Assembly (NCBI RefSeq): GCF_964213995.1
Contig: NC_135804.1
Span: forward strand, 33,666,001-33,730,000
Direction of reading: 5' to 3'
Length of the DNA stretch: 64,000 nucleotides
DNA from: Mustelus asterias
Lineage: Eukaryota
Shown here: positions 13,301-26,428 of the stretch, piece by piece
Numbering within the stretch: position 1 is the stretch's first letter
Layout of the letters: every line of letters begins with the position of its first letter
Made by a program: the position numbers and the translations under genes
Notes under the pieces: model-generated
What the model saw: the letters and a program-made list of their open reading frames with translations, nothing else
What the model was told of the DNA's origin: nothing
Databases searched by the model: none

Positions 13301-16300
13301 GTGGAGTTCTTTGGTACGGTTTGGTGGTTGTGAAAGTTACTATACCAATGCATTTTTTAAAAAATTCATTTGTGGGACATGGGTGTCACTGGTTGGCCAG
13401 CATTTATTGCCCATCCCTAGTTGCCTGAGGGCAGTTGAGAGTCAACCACATTGCTGTGGCTCTGGAATCACATGTAGGCCAGATCAGGCAAGGACAGCAG
13501 ATTTCCTTCCCTTAAGGACATTAGTAAACCAGACAGATTTTTCCAACAATCGACAATGGTTTCATGGTCATCGGTAGATTCTTAATTCCAGATATTGTTT
13601 ATTGAATTCAAATTCCACCACCTGCCATGGCAGGGTTAGAACCCGGGTCCTCAGAACATTTGCTGAGTTTCTGGATTAACAATCTAGCGATAATACCACT
13701 AAGCCATCACCTCCCCTATTATAATTGAATCGGAAAAGAAGCATTATTAACACAAGTTGCCATAAGAATGGAGGGCGATAGGGAATGGGCAAAGTTTATC
13801 AAAACTTACAATAAACAGGGATGGTTTATTGCAACTTTCACAAACCTGATTCCTGCTGTGGCATATATAACCATCTTACTGCAATGTCGTATTATTTGTA
13901 GTTTCAATTTACTATTTTCTATGCCACTTTTTAAAAATTCTAACACTTTCCTCTGAGGTGCACCAATGGACAAAGTTTTGAGGCATTATTTCGCAATGTT
14001 TTCTTGTTATTTGCAAATTCCAATTCAGTAATAACTTTATATAAAGACAATATGAAGTCCACAGTATCAGTGAAAACCAGGACTCTTTCTGCATTAACAC
14101 AAGTAAATAAAGTTGCATTTACATTATAAACAGTGCCACTTTTGATCATGAATTTAAGAGTTAAATTCCTGAGGATACTGTTGGTCTCACAAATGTATTC
14201 TAATAAACAGTCTTTCATTCTGGTTCATTTGACACGTTTTTGAAACTTACACCATGGAAGTCTATTAACATCTGCCAGCCAGTACTGCTATTTCAAGGAG
14301 CAACCATCTATGTTGCAGATATGGACATGGCTTTGCTACTGCAAAGCTTGTGGAAGTACTGAAGTGTTTTTGGGGATGTTGCAATGAGTTGATGGATTTG
14401 GTCAGGAGTGTTACTGCATTTTCACAGGTAAGACAGAGGATTTGATGACCTGTTTACACAAAGGCTGCAACAGATATGGGGGCTGTAACATCTCTGGATC
14501 TGCAGCAGGACAGACAAGTGGAGCAGAGGTTGCAGAAACAGGTGCTCTGTGCTGAAGGGGAGCAGGGCAGCGAGCACAGACAGTCCTACCCACCACAGGG
14601 TTTTGGAGAGCACCCCTCTCAGACTCACTTCAGCCAGAAACAATGTAGCTTGTGATTCTTTAAGGTGGCCATCACAGAACAAGTATGAGGATTTTAGAAT
14701 TCAAAAGAACTAAAAATTTGAGAGAAAGGAGAATGAGTAGACTGGCAAAAGACAAAAACAGATTTCAATATATAGTCAACCTTGTTATCCAGCACTGCAC
14801 TAACCAGAATTTTCGACGAACTGGAATTTCTGACAGGCTAATTCTTTTTTTTTTAAAAGCCAGAAATTACCAGTGTTTTAAATAAACTACTAATAATTTG
14901 TTCTTGGGGGTGAAAACCAGAGCAATAGATCAACAAGTGAAATGACTGAGTTGAGAGACTAAGGCCAGTAAGGTTAAGTGGAAGAACAGGTGGAGACAGG
15001 CGGGACTGAAATGTATTTGTTTTAATGTGAGGAATATGTCAGATAAGACAGATGAACTTAAGCATGGATTAGCACACATAGCTATGTTTCAGCTATTATA
15101 GAGATTCAATAAGGACAAGACTGGCAGCTTAAGGTTCCGGGATTTAAACGTTTCAGGCATGACAGAGAAGGATGTAAAAGAGATGAGGGAGTTGCATCAC
15201 TGATTGGGGAAAATATCACAGCTGTACAGAGGGAGGGCACCTTGGAGCCAAAGCTCAGGAATAGGGAGAGTGAAATCACTTTGATGGTATAGTACTCTAG
15301 GCCTCCCAGTGGATGGTGAGAAGATCGCCAGAGGATACAGCAGGGTATAGATAGGCTGGAGAATTGGGCAGAGAAATGGCAAATGGAGTTTAATCCAGAC
15401 AAATGCAAGGTGGCGCCTTTTGGAAAGTCTAATGCAGAAGGGAAGTATGCAGTAAATGGCAGAATCCTCAGAAGTATTAACACAGTGGGATCTAGGAGTA
15501 CAGGTCCACAGTTCCCTGAAAGTGGCAACATAAGTGGATAAGGTGGTCAAGGTGGCGTATGGCGTGCTTGCCTTCATCGGTCAGGGCATCAAGTATAAAT
15601 ACTGACAAGTCATGTTGGCAGCTGTATAGAACTTTGGTTAGGGTACATTTGGAACAGTACGTACAGTTCTGGTCACCACACTACCAGAAGGATGTGGAGG
15701 TTTTCAAGCAGAGACAGAAAAGGTTTACCAGTATGCTACCTGCTTTGAAGGGTATTAGCTACGAGGAGAGATTGGACTTGGATTATACTTGAATGTCAGA
15801 GGCTGAGGGGCGACCTGATAGAGGTTTACAAAATTATGAGGAATGGATAGAATGGATAGTCAAGAGTCTTTTTCCCAGGGTAGAAATATCAATTACTTAC
15901 AATAGGTTTAAGGTAAAGGGGGGAAGTTTAAATGAGATATGAGAAGTGTTTTTTTTTTAAAAAAGCGGGTGGGTGGTGAGTGCTTGAAATGCACTACCAG
16001 AGGAGGAGGTAAAAATGGTATCTATAGCAACTTAAGAGGTATCTTGACAGATACATGAATTGGCAGGGAACAGAGGGATATAGATAGCATAGAGGCAAAA
16101 CGTCCATAGTTTAGAAAGGGGTAGTGAGTCAGTGCAGACTTGGTGAGCCGAAGGGCCTGTTCCTGTACTTTGTTTAAACCTCATTCCCGTAACCGCTAAC
16201 AATTGTCAAACACGTGGGTCGCTGTTACCTGCAGCCTGCCCTCGCTCAGGTTTCAACCTCCCACTGTTCTGCACACAAATCCCCTCAGTGTTACTGATTA

Positions 16301-19300
16301 AATATGTGCACTCCCATGCCTCTCACGAGGCTCCAACGCCCACAGCACCACAAAATCACCCAGGGTTGGCTGAAAACGTGGAACTCAAGCAACCAGCATT
16401 TTTGATTAACTGGTACCAACTATTCTCCACGCATGCTGGATAATAAAGGTTCGTCTCTGTACATAAATAGGAAGAGATTAGTCAAAGTAAACATGAGCAC
16501 ATTGGAGACAGAAACTATAACAGGAAATAAGGAAATGGCAGAGAAGTAAATAAATACATGCATCAGCTTTCATGGTTGAAGATACAAAAACATTCCGTGT
16601 ATAATGGGGAATAAAGGGTCCAGCCAGAAAGAACTTAGAGAAATCAACATAAGCAAAGAAATATTACAGCAGAAATTAACAAGGACTAAGTGGCGACAAA
16701 TGCTCTGACCTTGACTTGCATTCTAGGGTTTGAAAAGAAGCAGCTGCAGAGCTGGTACAGTAATTGATTTTGATCTTCCAGAATTCCTTAGATTCCAGAA
16801 CAGTTCCCAAGGATGAGGATGCAAGGGGCGGCACGGTAGCACAGTGGTTAGCACTGCTGCTTCACAGCTCCAGGGTCCCAGGTTCGATTCCTGGCTTGGG
16901 TCACTGTCTGTGTGGAGTTTGCACATTCTCCTCGTGTCTGCATGGGTTTCCTCCGGGTGCTCCGGTTTCCTCCCACAGTCCAAAGATGTGCGGGTTAGGT
17001 TGATTGGCCAGGTTAAAAATTGCCCCTTGGAGTCCTGAGGTGTGTAGGTTAGAGGGATTAGCGGGTAAAATATGTGTGGGGGTAGGGCCTGGGTGGGATT
17101 GTGGTCGGTGCAGACTCGATGGGCCGAATGGCCTCCTTCTGCACTGTAGGGTTTCTATGATTCTATGACTGGAAGGTAGCAAACAGAACCTCAATACTTA
17201 ATGAAAAAAATGGAGAGAAAACACGAACTGGAGGCCAGTTAGTCTATTGATAGTAGGCAAAATAATAGAATTGATTATTAAGGACAATGTAACAAAGTAC
17301 TTTGAAAATCATATGTCTAAGGGATAGCCAGAGGGTAGAGTGCACTCGGGTTTTCAAAACACATTTGATAACATGCCAAGAGTTTATTATACAAAATTAG
17401 AACTTGTGGGATTGGCATAACATGTGGCATGGATTGGGGATTGATAATTGGCCTGAAGGAAGTAGGAACAGATCAGACATTTTTGAGTTAGCAGGATATA
17501 ACTAGTGAAGTACAATAAAGAAGTACCTGACCCTCAACATAAATCAGTACCTGACTCTCAGCTAGTTAAAATATATACTTAGGTCAGTGAATGATGGTAA
17601 TGTATCCAAGTTTGCCGAGGATGCAAAGTTAGATGGCAAGATAAGCTGTAACAAACATAAAGAAACTGCAGAGGGATATTGACAGATTGCAGAAGTAGGT
17701 AAGAATGTGGCAGATGGAATAAAATGTGCCAAAATGTAAAATTAACTGCAGTCGGTAAAATAAAAATGCAGAATTTTTTTGAAAGGCGAGATACTGGGAA
17801 GCGTTTGCAGTAAAGCATGATCTTACAAAATATCAACTGGTCATTCATTTCCACGTTTTGAATCTACTGCTTTAGTGAACTCCTACCATATAATTTTGAC
17901 GCGGCTACATTCGCGGCCAGGTGTCTCTGGAGAGGGAGCATGCGGTGTCCACGGGCGCGGTTGACGCCTTCCGCGACCGCTGGGCGCCGCAGGGGCTGGG
18001 GTGTATTATCGACCCCGATAATCACCTTTTGGTTTGACGTTTTAAGTTTCCTTTCGACTTTGATTTTGGTTCGGGCTGTTCCCCCCTTCCTTTTGGGGAG
18101 CCGCCCCTTTTACTTTGTCCCTAAGTTAATTTGAGTTCGTTTACTTGATTGGTATCGAAAGAAATACCATATAATTTTGATAGCAAATCAGCCAAATAAG
18201 AATTACTAGACACATTAGTTGAAGAATTAAAGTCTCCCCCGTGTTTGAGAGTTTATCCAGTCATTAGTTTAATCGTTCAAATTAGGACATACCCAGGTTT
18301 GGGTACACAGTTAACTAAGCTCAATGGGACAGTGGAAGCTATGAAGTGTAAAATCTACTGATACACAGCTCCTGGTTGCTAGCCAGCATTCCCTACTGAA
18401 CATAAGCGCATCAGGAGAAAAACAGTGGTGGTTCCTCCAACTGAACAGTGTGTGAACAGTCAGGCTTATAGATATTTTACCAAGGATAACTGCAACCTGA
18501 AGCACAATATTATAGGAGTCAGATTTTGTTATGAACCCATATTGACGCTTCAGATGATCACAGATGCAGTTAACTGTGGAAACATAGAAGCTGCTGTCCA
18601 AGAGGAGACATTCCTCAATAAGCTCTCTGAAAATGGCATTGCACCATTTGGATCAACGCTTAAATGTATTGAACAGAGCCACAATCCAGTATTTACCTCA
18701 CGGCCAAGGACAAAACATTAAAAAAGTTTGGGATTGCCTATTCCAGCCCAAGTATAAATTTAACCACATGGTCAGGCTTAATTACTGTCAAACAACCTCT
18801 GGAATTGAAAATTAACTTGTGTGTCTTGTTGTTGCAGTTCTTTTTGGTGGAGATTAAATACCTTTTCTACTTTGTAATCCCTTTAATTTACTTGCTGTAC
18901 CTGATTTAACATAGAATTAAATAACCTAATGTTTTCCGCTTCCAAATCTGCACTTCTGCAATTGATAGGTTAAACAAACAGTGATTTGTCCTGTTTATAT
19001 GGGTTCCAGATTCCCTGCACAGAGCTGGCATTTTGCTGTATGAAACGCCACAGCAAGTATAAGTTGAACAAATGAAATTCACAGTAAAATCCAGCACAAC
19101 AAATCTGGAAAGTTAAAACGAGCAAGGGAATTGGAGGGAACAAATATGAACTTTTGCAGGAAAAAAAAATCACATGATAGTCAACAGCGCCTCAAGTTTA
19201 ACATTTAACAGAAAAACATAAATAATAGAATACAGGGCCCCTTGAGCCTTCTCCTCCATTCAATAAGGTTGTGGCTCGTCTTTGACCTCAACTCCACCTT

Positions 19301-20412
19301 CCCACCCGATTTCCATATCGGTCGATTTCCCTACAATCTTTTTTCACATTTGTTCTTTGTGTATTTGTAATTGTTTTGTATTAACGTATTTGTAATAAAC
19401 AAAAAGAAACCAAAAATCTATTTTAGCCTTCAACATGCTCATCAACTGTGCATGCCCTGGCGCCGAGGATACAGAATTCCAAACACTTGTAATTCACAGA
19501 GAGGAAGTTCCTCAAAACAATTTGAAACGATTGATTCATTAACCTGAGACCGTACTGCCCAGTTGTAGCCTCTTCAACACTAACAAATACCCTCAAGATC
19601 TTAAGTTTTAATGATACATAAACTTAGATCTAATATTTAAACTTCCTGAAGCAAATTGTGCAATACAACTTTTTGGATAGAGAGCGATTCGATCATTGCA
19701 ACATACAACTGTTTTGATTAGCCAGGAAAGTGTTTAGGTTATTTTTGGAAAATTAAGTAACATGTTGTTCATCTCACTTGATGGGGGAGGCCGAATTCGA
19801 GAAAGCCCTAGAAGGATTTAAGCAGCGTGACGTCAGATGTAAAGGTGCAACCGAATACAAGTGTTTATTTTCTGTTTCGATTGCATTTAATTCGAAACTC
19901 TCAGTTGCACCTTCACTGTTACGCACGCTGCTTTTAAAGTGCCCTGGTTGATTTTACTCTCTTGGAAAATGTGCTCGCCACGCTGCAGGGAGATTTCTAA
20001 CCGAGAGACCGAAGTCCCTCCATCCAGAGGCAGAACTAAGGGTCAAAGTCCAGCAGCAAAGTCCCCGCTGTATCTGGGGGTAGTCTGCTGCTGGCTGATC
20101 CGCCGGGAAGCAGGTTTTACACCGGGCTGGGGCTCGATGTTGAGGGGGGGACCCGATACATTTAAATCGTCGCTTTAAAGAGAAACCCTGGGCTCAGGGG
20201 GAGGGCAGGAGGCCGAGAAAAGCCCGATTCCAGCCGCGGCTCCGTCTCCTCGTTCTTCAAACTCTCCGCCTGATTTTAACACAACGGCCGCCGCCGCCGC
20301 CCGCCCGCTTATTCACGGCCTTTACCTTTCCGTGCTCTTCCCGGAGCCGTGAGAGCGGCTGCGAGCGGGCCGCTTTGCCGGCGGAGCAGGGCCGATGCTG
20401 CGAGTCTGCCAT
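4388..20412 (-). CDS. URI1: URI1 prefoldin-like chaperone (RPB5 interactor), 5' part. Coding exons 20412-20326, 10999-10965, 8731-8653, 4523-4388; gene continues beyond the left edge
   Basis: Four exons with GT-AG boundaries splice in frame to MADSQHRPCSAGKAARSQPLSRLREEHGK|VVASCKEKIQHW|VKVQNDYEALQSRLKTLPDKVSYDVM|VPFGSLAFMPGQLIHTNEVTVLLGDNWFAKCSAKQAIGLVEHRKT, the recognisable URI1 alpha-prefoldin domain. It lies downstream of CCNE1 on the same strand, as in human. Confidence 0.95.
4689..7766 (-). mobile_element. Internally deleted, decayed Gypsy-type LTR element with both LTRs (about 4689-4915 and 7545-7766)
   Basis: Diverged ~220-bp direct repeats, PBS-like TGACAACGAGG at 7543-7533, polypurine tract at 4928-4916, gag knuckle remnant TCHNCNKKGQLAKSCRG and integrase tail FLFQYRIMPQAMMGHSAAEMLMG. 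Confidence 0.8.
9500..10035 (-). mobile_element. Ancient DeuSINE (SacSINE1/AmnSINE1-like) remnant
   Basis: Deu-domain-like text (aaagtgcttcaca...gtcaatttgc...gatgttggttga); a similar remnant lies at about 39630-39770. Recognised from memory. Confidence 0.55.
12385..12933. mobile_element. Two tRNA SINEs tail-to-tail (+ about 12385-12655, - about 12655-12933)
   Basis: SINE head (agcactgctgcctca...cccgagtttga) on the plus strand and the reverse-complement head ending at about 12933. Confidence 0.75.
13350..13715 (-). mobile_element. SINE/LINE-tail repeat
   Basis: tRNA-like head in reverse (gggttagaacccgggtcc...taataccactaagcca); its tail resembles the LINE 3' end at about 63760-63810. Confidence 0.55.
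14960..16175 (+). mobile_element. Decayed CR1 LINE (endonuclease fragment joined to the RT 3' end)
   Basis: Fragments translate to LYRTLVRVHLEQYVQFWSPHYQKDVE; CR1 3' UTR gggcctgttcctgtact. Confidence 0.85.
16825..17168 (+). mobile_element. Young full-length tRNA SINE inserted in an older CR1 (about 16440-17800)
   Basis: A/B box head ggcggcacggtagcacagtggttagc...ggttcgattcc and (TTCTATGA)n tail; near-identical to 25475-25813. Confidence 0.9.
17900..18164 (+). mobile_element. 5'-truncated Tx1/L1-clade LINE 3' end with a perfect 16-bp target-site duplication
   Basis: TACCATATAATTTTGA at 17884-17899 and 18165-18180. The insert encodes RGYIRGQVSLEREHAVSTGAVDAFRDRWAPQGLGCIIDPDNHLLV*. Confidence 0.8.
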
Positions 20413-20975
20413 TTCCTTCAGAGCGGAGGCCCGAGCGTCAGTTTGACAAACACTCAGGAACTGGGAGTCCTAAAGAAATGTTTATGTGGGTGATAACTGC
20501 AGCCGCACAGCTCCTCACTCCTCGTCCGCATAGAGGGAGCAGGCCTTGTCATCCACAGCGTCGGCGCGGCAAACATTTCACACTCGCATTATCGGCCCAA
20601 ACAGCGCTTCAAGGCCGGCTTCTCCTTCCCCCCCAGCACCACCACCGGAGCCGCTCCGCTCTCAGCAACGCCCGCTGCCCCGCGCCATCTTCCTCAGCCC
20701 GGAGCGCAGCACACTGGGGCGGGGCCACGGAGGGAGCATGTGACACACTGGGGGCGGGGCTGCGGAGGGAGCACGTGACACAATAGGGCTGCGGCCGCCC
20801 AGGGAGCACGTGACACTGGGTCCATTGCCGTGTCGGGAGCGTGGGGGTGGGGGAGACCAGTTGGTTGGAGTACGTGATGCATTGGGAGCACGTGACAAAG
20901 GTGTCGGACCATGTCAGGAGCACGAGGCACTGGGTGGACGGGCGGGCGTGGCTATTGAGTGGAGCACGTGATGCC
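20092..20975 (-). promoter_or_regulatory. URI1 CpG-island promoter/first exon with YY1-type motif, GC boxes and multiple CACGTG E-boxes
   Basis: GC/CpG-rich. AAGATGGCG on the minus strand at about 20683-20691, GGGGCGGGGC boxes at about 20716 and 20751, and four perfect CACGTG plus variants between 20737 and 20972. Confidence 0.8.
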
Positions 20976-21049
20976 TGGACTAGCCGAGCTCTATAGAGTT
21001 ATTGACAGGACTGGGGAAGGCAGTTAACACCTGAATGCTTGCATTGGCG

Positions 21050-21522
21050 TAAACCATAGAAAACATTCTTTCTGGTTGTATCACAGCTTGGAATGGCTCC
21101 TGCTCTGCCCAAGACAGCAAAAGGTTGTGAATGTAGCCCAGTCCACCACGCAAACCAGCCTCCCATCCATTAACTCTGTCTACACTTCCCACTGCCTTGG
21201 CAAAGCAGCCAGTATAATTAAGGACTCCACAGACCCCAGACATTTTCTCTTCCACCTTCTTCCGTTGGGAAAAAGATACAAAAGTCTGAGGTCACATACC
21301 AACCGACTCAAGAACAGCTTCTTCCCAGCTGCTGTCAGACTTTTGAATAGACCTACCTTGCATTAAGTTGATCTTTCTCTACACCCTAGCTATGACTGTA
21401 ACACTACATTCTGCACTCTCGTTTCCTTCTCTATAAACAGGATGCTTTGTCTGTATAGCACACAAGGAACAATTCTTTTCACTGTATTCTAATACATGTG
21501 ACAATAATAAATCAAATCAAAC
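21050..21522 (+). mobile_element. Rex1/Babar-like LINE 3' end
   Basis: ORF ends RYKSLRSHTNRLKNSFFPAAVRLLN, followed by an AATAAATCAAATCAAA tail. Confidence 0.8.
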
Positions 21523-21584
21523 TGTTCACCAATTGTCACACCCCCGCCATCTCCCCACATACCTTGCATGTTCTTCCTTTTTTA

Positions 21585-22330
21585 CTTGATTTATTATTGT
21601 CACATGCATTGGGATACAGTGAAAAGTATTGTTGCTTGTGCACGATGCAGTCAAAACATACACTTCATAGAGTACCTGGGGAGAAGGAAAGAAGTGGGTG
21701 CAGAATATAGTGTTAAAGTCATAGCTAGGGTGTAGAAAAAGATCAACTTAATATATGATAGGTCCATTCAAAAGTCTGATGGCAGCAGGGAAGAAACTGT
21801 GCATGAGTCGGTTGGTACATAATCTCAGACTTTTGTATCTTTTTCCTGACAGAAGAAGGTGGAAGGAAGTAATTCCCTTCTGAATGCCTCAATAGAGTCT
21901 GCCTTCACCACTCTCTCAGGCAGTGCATTACACACCTTAACCACTTGCTGCATGGCAACGTTTTTCCTCATGGCATACTTCTTTGTCAATTACTTTGAAT
22001 CTGTAACCTCTCATTCTTGATCATTTCACAAGTGGGAAAAGCTTTTCCTTGTCTACTCTGTGCAGACCCCAGCCCCCTGTGACTTTGAATTCCTCTATCT
22101 AAGCCATTTCCTCCAAGGAAATCAGTCCCAACTTCTCCAATCCAACTTCGTAACTGAAGTTCCTCATCTCTGGAACCATTCTTGTCAATCTCTTCTGCAC
22201 TCTCTCCAATGCCTTCACATCTTTTTGAAAGTGCGGCATCCAGAACTGGATCCAATATTCCAGCTGAGGCTGAACTAGTGTCTCAAACAATTCAACATAA
22301 CCTTCTTGCGCTTGTAATCTCTGTCCTTAT
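21585..22330 (-). mobile_element. Inverted Rex1-like 3' end (about 21585-21868) followed by a CR1 fragment
   Basis: Reverse complement of 21250-21520; minus ORF TLVQPQLEYWIQFWMPHFQKDVKALERVQKR. Confidence 0.75.
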
Positions 22331-23544
22331 TAATATAAATATTTTTCTCCCCTGATATATTAGGTTAAAACTATTTTAAAGTGCCACTGTTTCACATTGC
22401 ACATTATTTTCCTTGTTATAACTTGACATCTGCTGCATAAGTTTGGCATAGTACCAGAGAAGCGTTGCACAAATGCAAGTTGAATGATTAAGTCTTGCGA
22501 GAGGACTGTCTGCTACACTGGAGTGTGACTTCAATAAGAACATAAGAAACAGGAGCAGGAGTAGGCCATCTAGCCCCTCAAGCCTGCTCCGCCATTCAAT
22601 AAGATCATGGCTGATCTGATAGTGGGTTCAGTTCCACTTACCCGCCCGTTCCCCATAACCCTTAATTCCCTTAATGGTTAAAAATCTATCTATCTGTGAC
22701 TTAAACACATTTAACGAGGTAGCCTCTACTGCTTCATTGGGCAGAGAATTCTAAAGATTCACTACCCTCTGGGAGAAGAAGTTCCTCCTCAACTCTGTTC
22801 TAAATTGACTCCCCCTAAGTGTGTTGAGCTGAGGGAAACTTAAATAGTTTCCTAAATCTCTAATATTGTTTGTATTTAACACTTAATTGCAAGTACTGCT
22901 TAAATTCTAAATTCCATCCTGGGGCCGAAGGAGCACTGGCAGCAGTTGAAATAGTTAATTAAGAAATAGGCTTGAACTGGTCTTTGCTGTACGTGGGCTC
23001 AGCTAGTCCCTTTGTTCAGAACTTATATATTCAGTTAGCGCGGCATGGTGGCACATTGGTTAGCACAGTTGCCTCACAGTGCCAGGAACCCGTGTTTGAT
23101 TCCTGGCTTGGGTCACTGTCTGTGCGGAGTCTGCACATTCTCCTACTCAGCAGGTTGGGCAGCATCTGTGGAGAGAAACAGAGTTATAAATTTTAGGGAA
23201 GATCGGGGATCATCATCAACCTGAAAGTTAACTGTTTCTCTCCACAAGTGCTACCTGATCTGCTTTTTTTTCAAGCTTTTCTATTTTTTTATTTCAGATT
23301 TCCAACATCTGCTGTATCTTGCTTTTGCAATAGCAATCAATTTGTTTTACACCCACCCAAGAAACCATGCTGCTGGCAATTAGTACTAATCATGATCTTG
23401 ACTAAGAAGTTGGGAATGTAGAATTGTTTTGTTGGGTGTTCTTGAAAGTATTGTTTTGAAACTTTGATGAAAAAAAATGTCAAATCTACTAAATTCAAAG
23501 AGCTGCTTCAAATAATAACAATGATATATACCCTAATCACCCTT

Positions 23545-23840
23545 ACAATGCAGAAAGAGGCCATTCGGCCAATCGAGTCTGCACCGACCACAATCCCACC
23601 CAGGCCCTATCCCAACAACCCTACTAACCCCCTGACATTAAGGGGCAATTGATCATGGCCAATCAACCTAACCCACACATCTTTGGAGTGTGGGAGGAAA
23701 CCGGAGCACCTGGAGGAAACACAGGCAGACACAGGGAGAATGTGCAAACTCCATACAGACAGTGACCCAAGCTGGGAATCAAACCTGGGTCCCTGGCGCT
23801 GTGAGGCAGCAGTGCTAACCACTGTGCCACTGTGCTGCCC
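23545..23840 (-). mobile_element. tRNA SINE
   Basis: Reverse complement of the HE1-like SINE. Confidence 0.85.
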
Positions 23841-24574
23841 TGATGTAATGATGTAACACTACATTTCAACATGCTAGATGTCAGCATGCTGCCTGCCTGA
23901 CCAAATCAGGAGGATGCATGTTAAGTTAATCACAAACTTATAAAAACTTTACATCAACAAGTCGCATTTTATAGTGCCTTTAATGTAGCTAAATGTCCTA
24001 GGGCACTTAACCAGCATGATATCAAGATGTTTGACACTTAGCTACGGGAAGAGACATCAGGACGTTACGAAAGATTTAGGTTTTAAGGAACAAATTCAAG
24101 GAGGAAAGAGAGAGAGACAGAAAAATTTAGAGAGGGAATTCCAGAGCTTAGACAGCTCAAAACACATAGAACATAGAACGTTACAGCGCAGTACAGGCCC
24201 TTCGGCCCTCGATGGTGCGCCGACCTGTGAAACCAATCTAAAGCCCATCTAACCTACACTATTCCAATATCATCCATATGTTTATCCAATAACCATTTAA
24301 ATGCCCTTAATGTTGGCTATCAGCCAACACAGCCATCAGTGGTAGAGTAAATGAAATCGCGAATGCTCAACAGGCTAGAATTGGAGAAGCACAACTATCT
24401 TGAAGACTTGAAGAGCTGGAGGGATTTTAAATAAGAATGGGGATTGAGGTGTTATCAGACCTGGAGCCTGTAGAGGTCCACAAATACAGGGGTGTTAGTT
24501 GAACAAGACTTGGTCTCAATTATGATACAGATAGCAGAGTCTTGGAATGAGAAGTTTATGGAAAATGAAAAAGG

Positions 24575-24862
24575 GGGTGGCACAGTGGTTAGCATTGCTG
24601 TCTCACAGCGCCAGGGACCTGAGTTCAATTCCAGCCTGGGATGACCGTCTGCGTGGGTTTCCTTTGGGTGCTCCGGTTTCCTCCCACAGTCCAAGATGTG
24701 CAGGTTAGGTGGATTGGCCATGGTAAATTGCTCCTTAGTGTCAGGGGGATTAACAGGGTAAATACATGGGGTTAAGGGGATAGGGCCTGGGAGGATTGTT
24801 GTTGGTGCAGGCTCAATGGGCAGAATGGCCTCCTTCTGCATTACAGGAATTCAATGATTCTA
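24575..24862 (+). mobile_element. tRNA SINE
   Basis: ggtggcacagtggttagc head and CR1-type tail. Confidence 0.8.
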
Positions 24863-25474
24863 AAAATGGAATATTACTGAAGAGCACTGAAATAGTCGCA
24901 TTGAGAGGCAACAAAGTCATCGACAAGTGTTTCAGCATCAGATGAACTGAGGCAGGGTTAGAATCAGGTGATGTTACAGAGGTGCAAGTAGATCGTCATG
25001 GTAATGGATATGTGTGATCAAAACTCACCTTGGGGTCTAAAACAACACTATTTTATGAACAGTTTTGCACAGATTCAGATAGTCGCCAGTGATGGAAATA
25101 GTAGCCGGGGACAGAAAAGGCCATACACTGTTTCAAACTTTGTCCCCTCACAGATTTCGTCTAGATGAAGAGTTCCTGCAGTTGAGTTGCAGCCTGGTTC
25201 TAGGCCAGGCCATCATTAAGTGCTACTTTTTGGCAGCTGCTAGGAGGAACAGTAGAGCAATGTGCTGAGTCACTCCATACAAATTTTCATTGACCTCTGT
25301 TCAGCATTTCTTTTGGTGGCGCTGACATTGTTTCATTCTGTGGCACTGTGCTGTGTTTACCCATAACTAAAATAAAGGTGTAACATCCATCTACAATGCT
25401 GGTGATCTTATGATTCTCCATTTCTAAAATAGCTTTAGTCAGGGAACCTAGGCAGCATTTGTGTACCTCCTGAT

Positions 25475-25813
25475 GGCGGCACGGTAGCACAGTGGTTAGC
25501 ACTGCTGCTTCACAGCTCCAGGGTCCTGGGTTCGATTCCCGGCTTGGGTCACTGTCTGTGTGGAGTTTGCACATTCTCCTCGTGTCTGCGTGGGTTTCCT
25601 CCGGGTGCTCCGGTTTCCTCCCACAGTCCAAAGATGTGCGGGTTAGGTTGATTGGCCAGGTTAAAAATTGCCCCTTAGAGTCCTGGGATGTGTAGGTTAG
25701 AGGGATTAGCGGGTAAATATGTGGGGGTAGGGCCTGGATGGGATTGTGGTCGGTGCAGACTCGATGGGCCGAATGGCCTCCTTCTGCACTGTAGGGTTTC
25801 TATGATTTCTATG
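25475..25813 (+). mobile_element. Young full-length tRNA SINE
   Basis: Near-identical to 16825-17168. Confidence 0.9.
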
Positions 25814-26428
25814 AATGCACCTGAAATCCATGTTTCAGAGCATTGTCACAAATCTGTGTGTCCTAGCACTTAAAAGAACACATTTTGCAATCAATTCCAG
25901 TTTAGAAAGTGCACATTCTATTGGCTCTATAGTAGAAGAATAAATTGCATAAAAATCCCAAGTTGTAAGTACAACCTCATTCCTTGACTCCACTTTCTCT
26001 GAGTGCTGGACAGACCTATTGTGTCCTCATCACCATTACAATCCAAATGTGAACCTGATCCAACTTTTATTATGTCAAGCTGCTAATCACAGTTTTTAAA
26101 AAAGAAACACTCTTGAAGTAAGTCATGGGAATATTAAATATCTGCATTAAGCATTTATTGCTGGATATGCAGTCTATGTTTAATTGCTAGGAACAGTATT
26201 TACTCAGGCAAAAGGTTATCCATAGGGCCTGACTTGTATCGGATTATTGTGATTAAGAGGATATGTTGTAAAGATATCAACCTACGCAGTCCAAAGTACT
26301 ATCAATCCCCTTTTGTAAATTTACTGGGTCATTTTCCGAAGGTTGACTTGAGGTTGTTTGCCCATGCTATACCACACTATATGTTTGGGAGGGTGAAGAA
26401 GAGTCTATTAAATTAAAATATACTGACT

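Noticed and set aside
16825-16900. tRNA genes at SINE heads
   Set aside because: A/B boxes run straight into SINE body and LINE-type tail; many dispersed copies.
20349-20930. Long GC-rich ORFs on both strands here and at 31427-32532
   Set aside because: By-products of stop-poor CpG-island sequence; the real coding part is the 87-nt URI1 exon in another frame.
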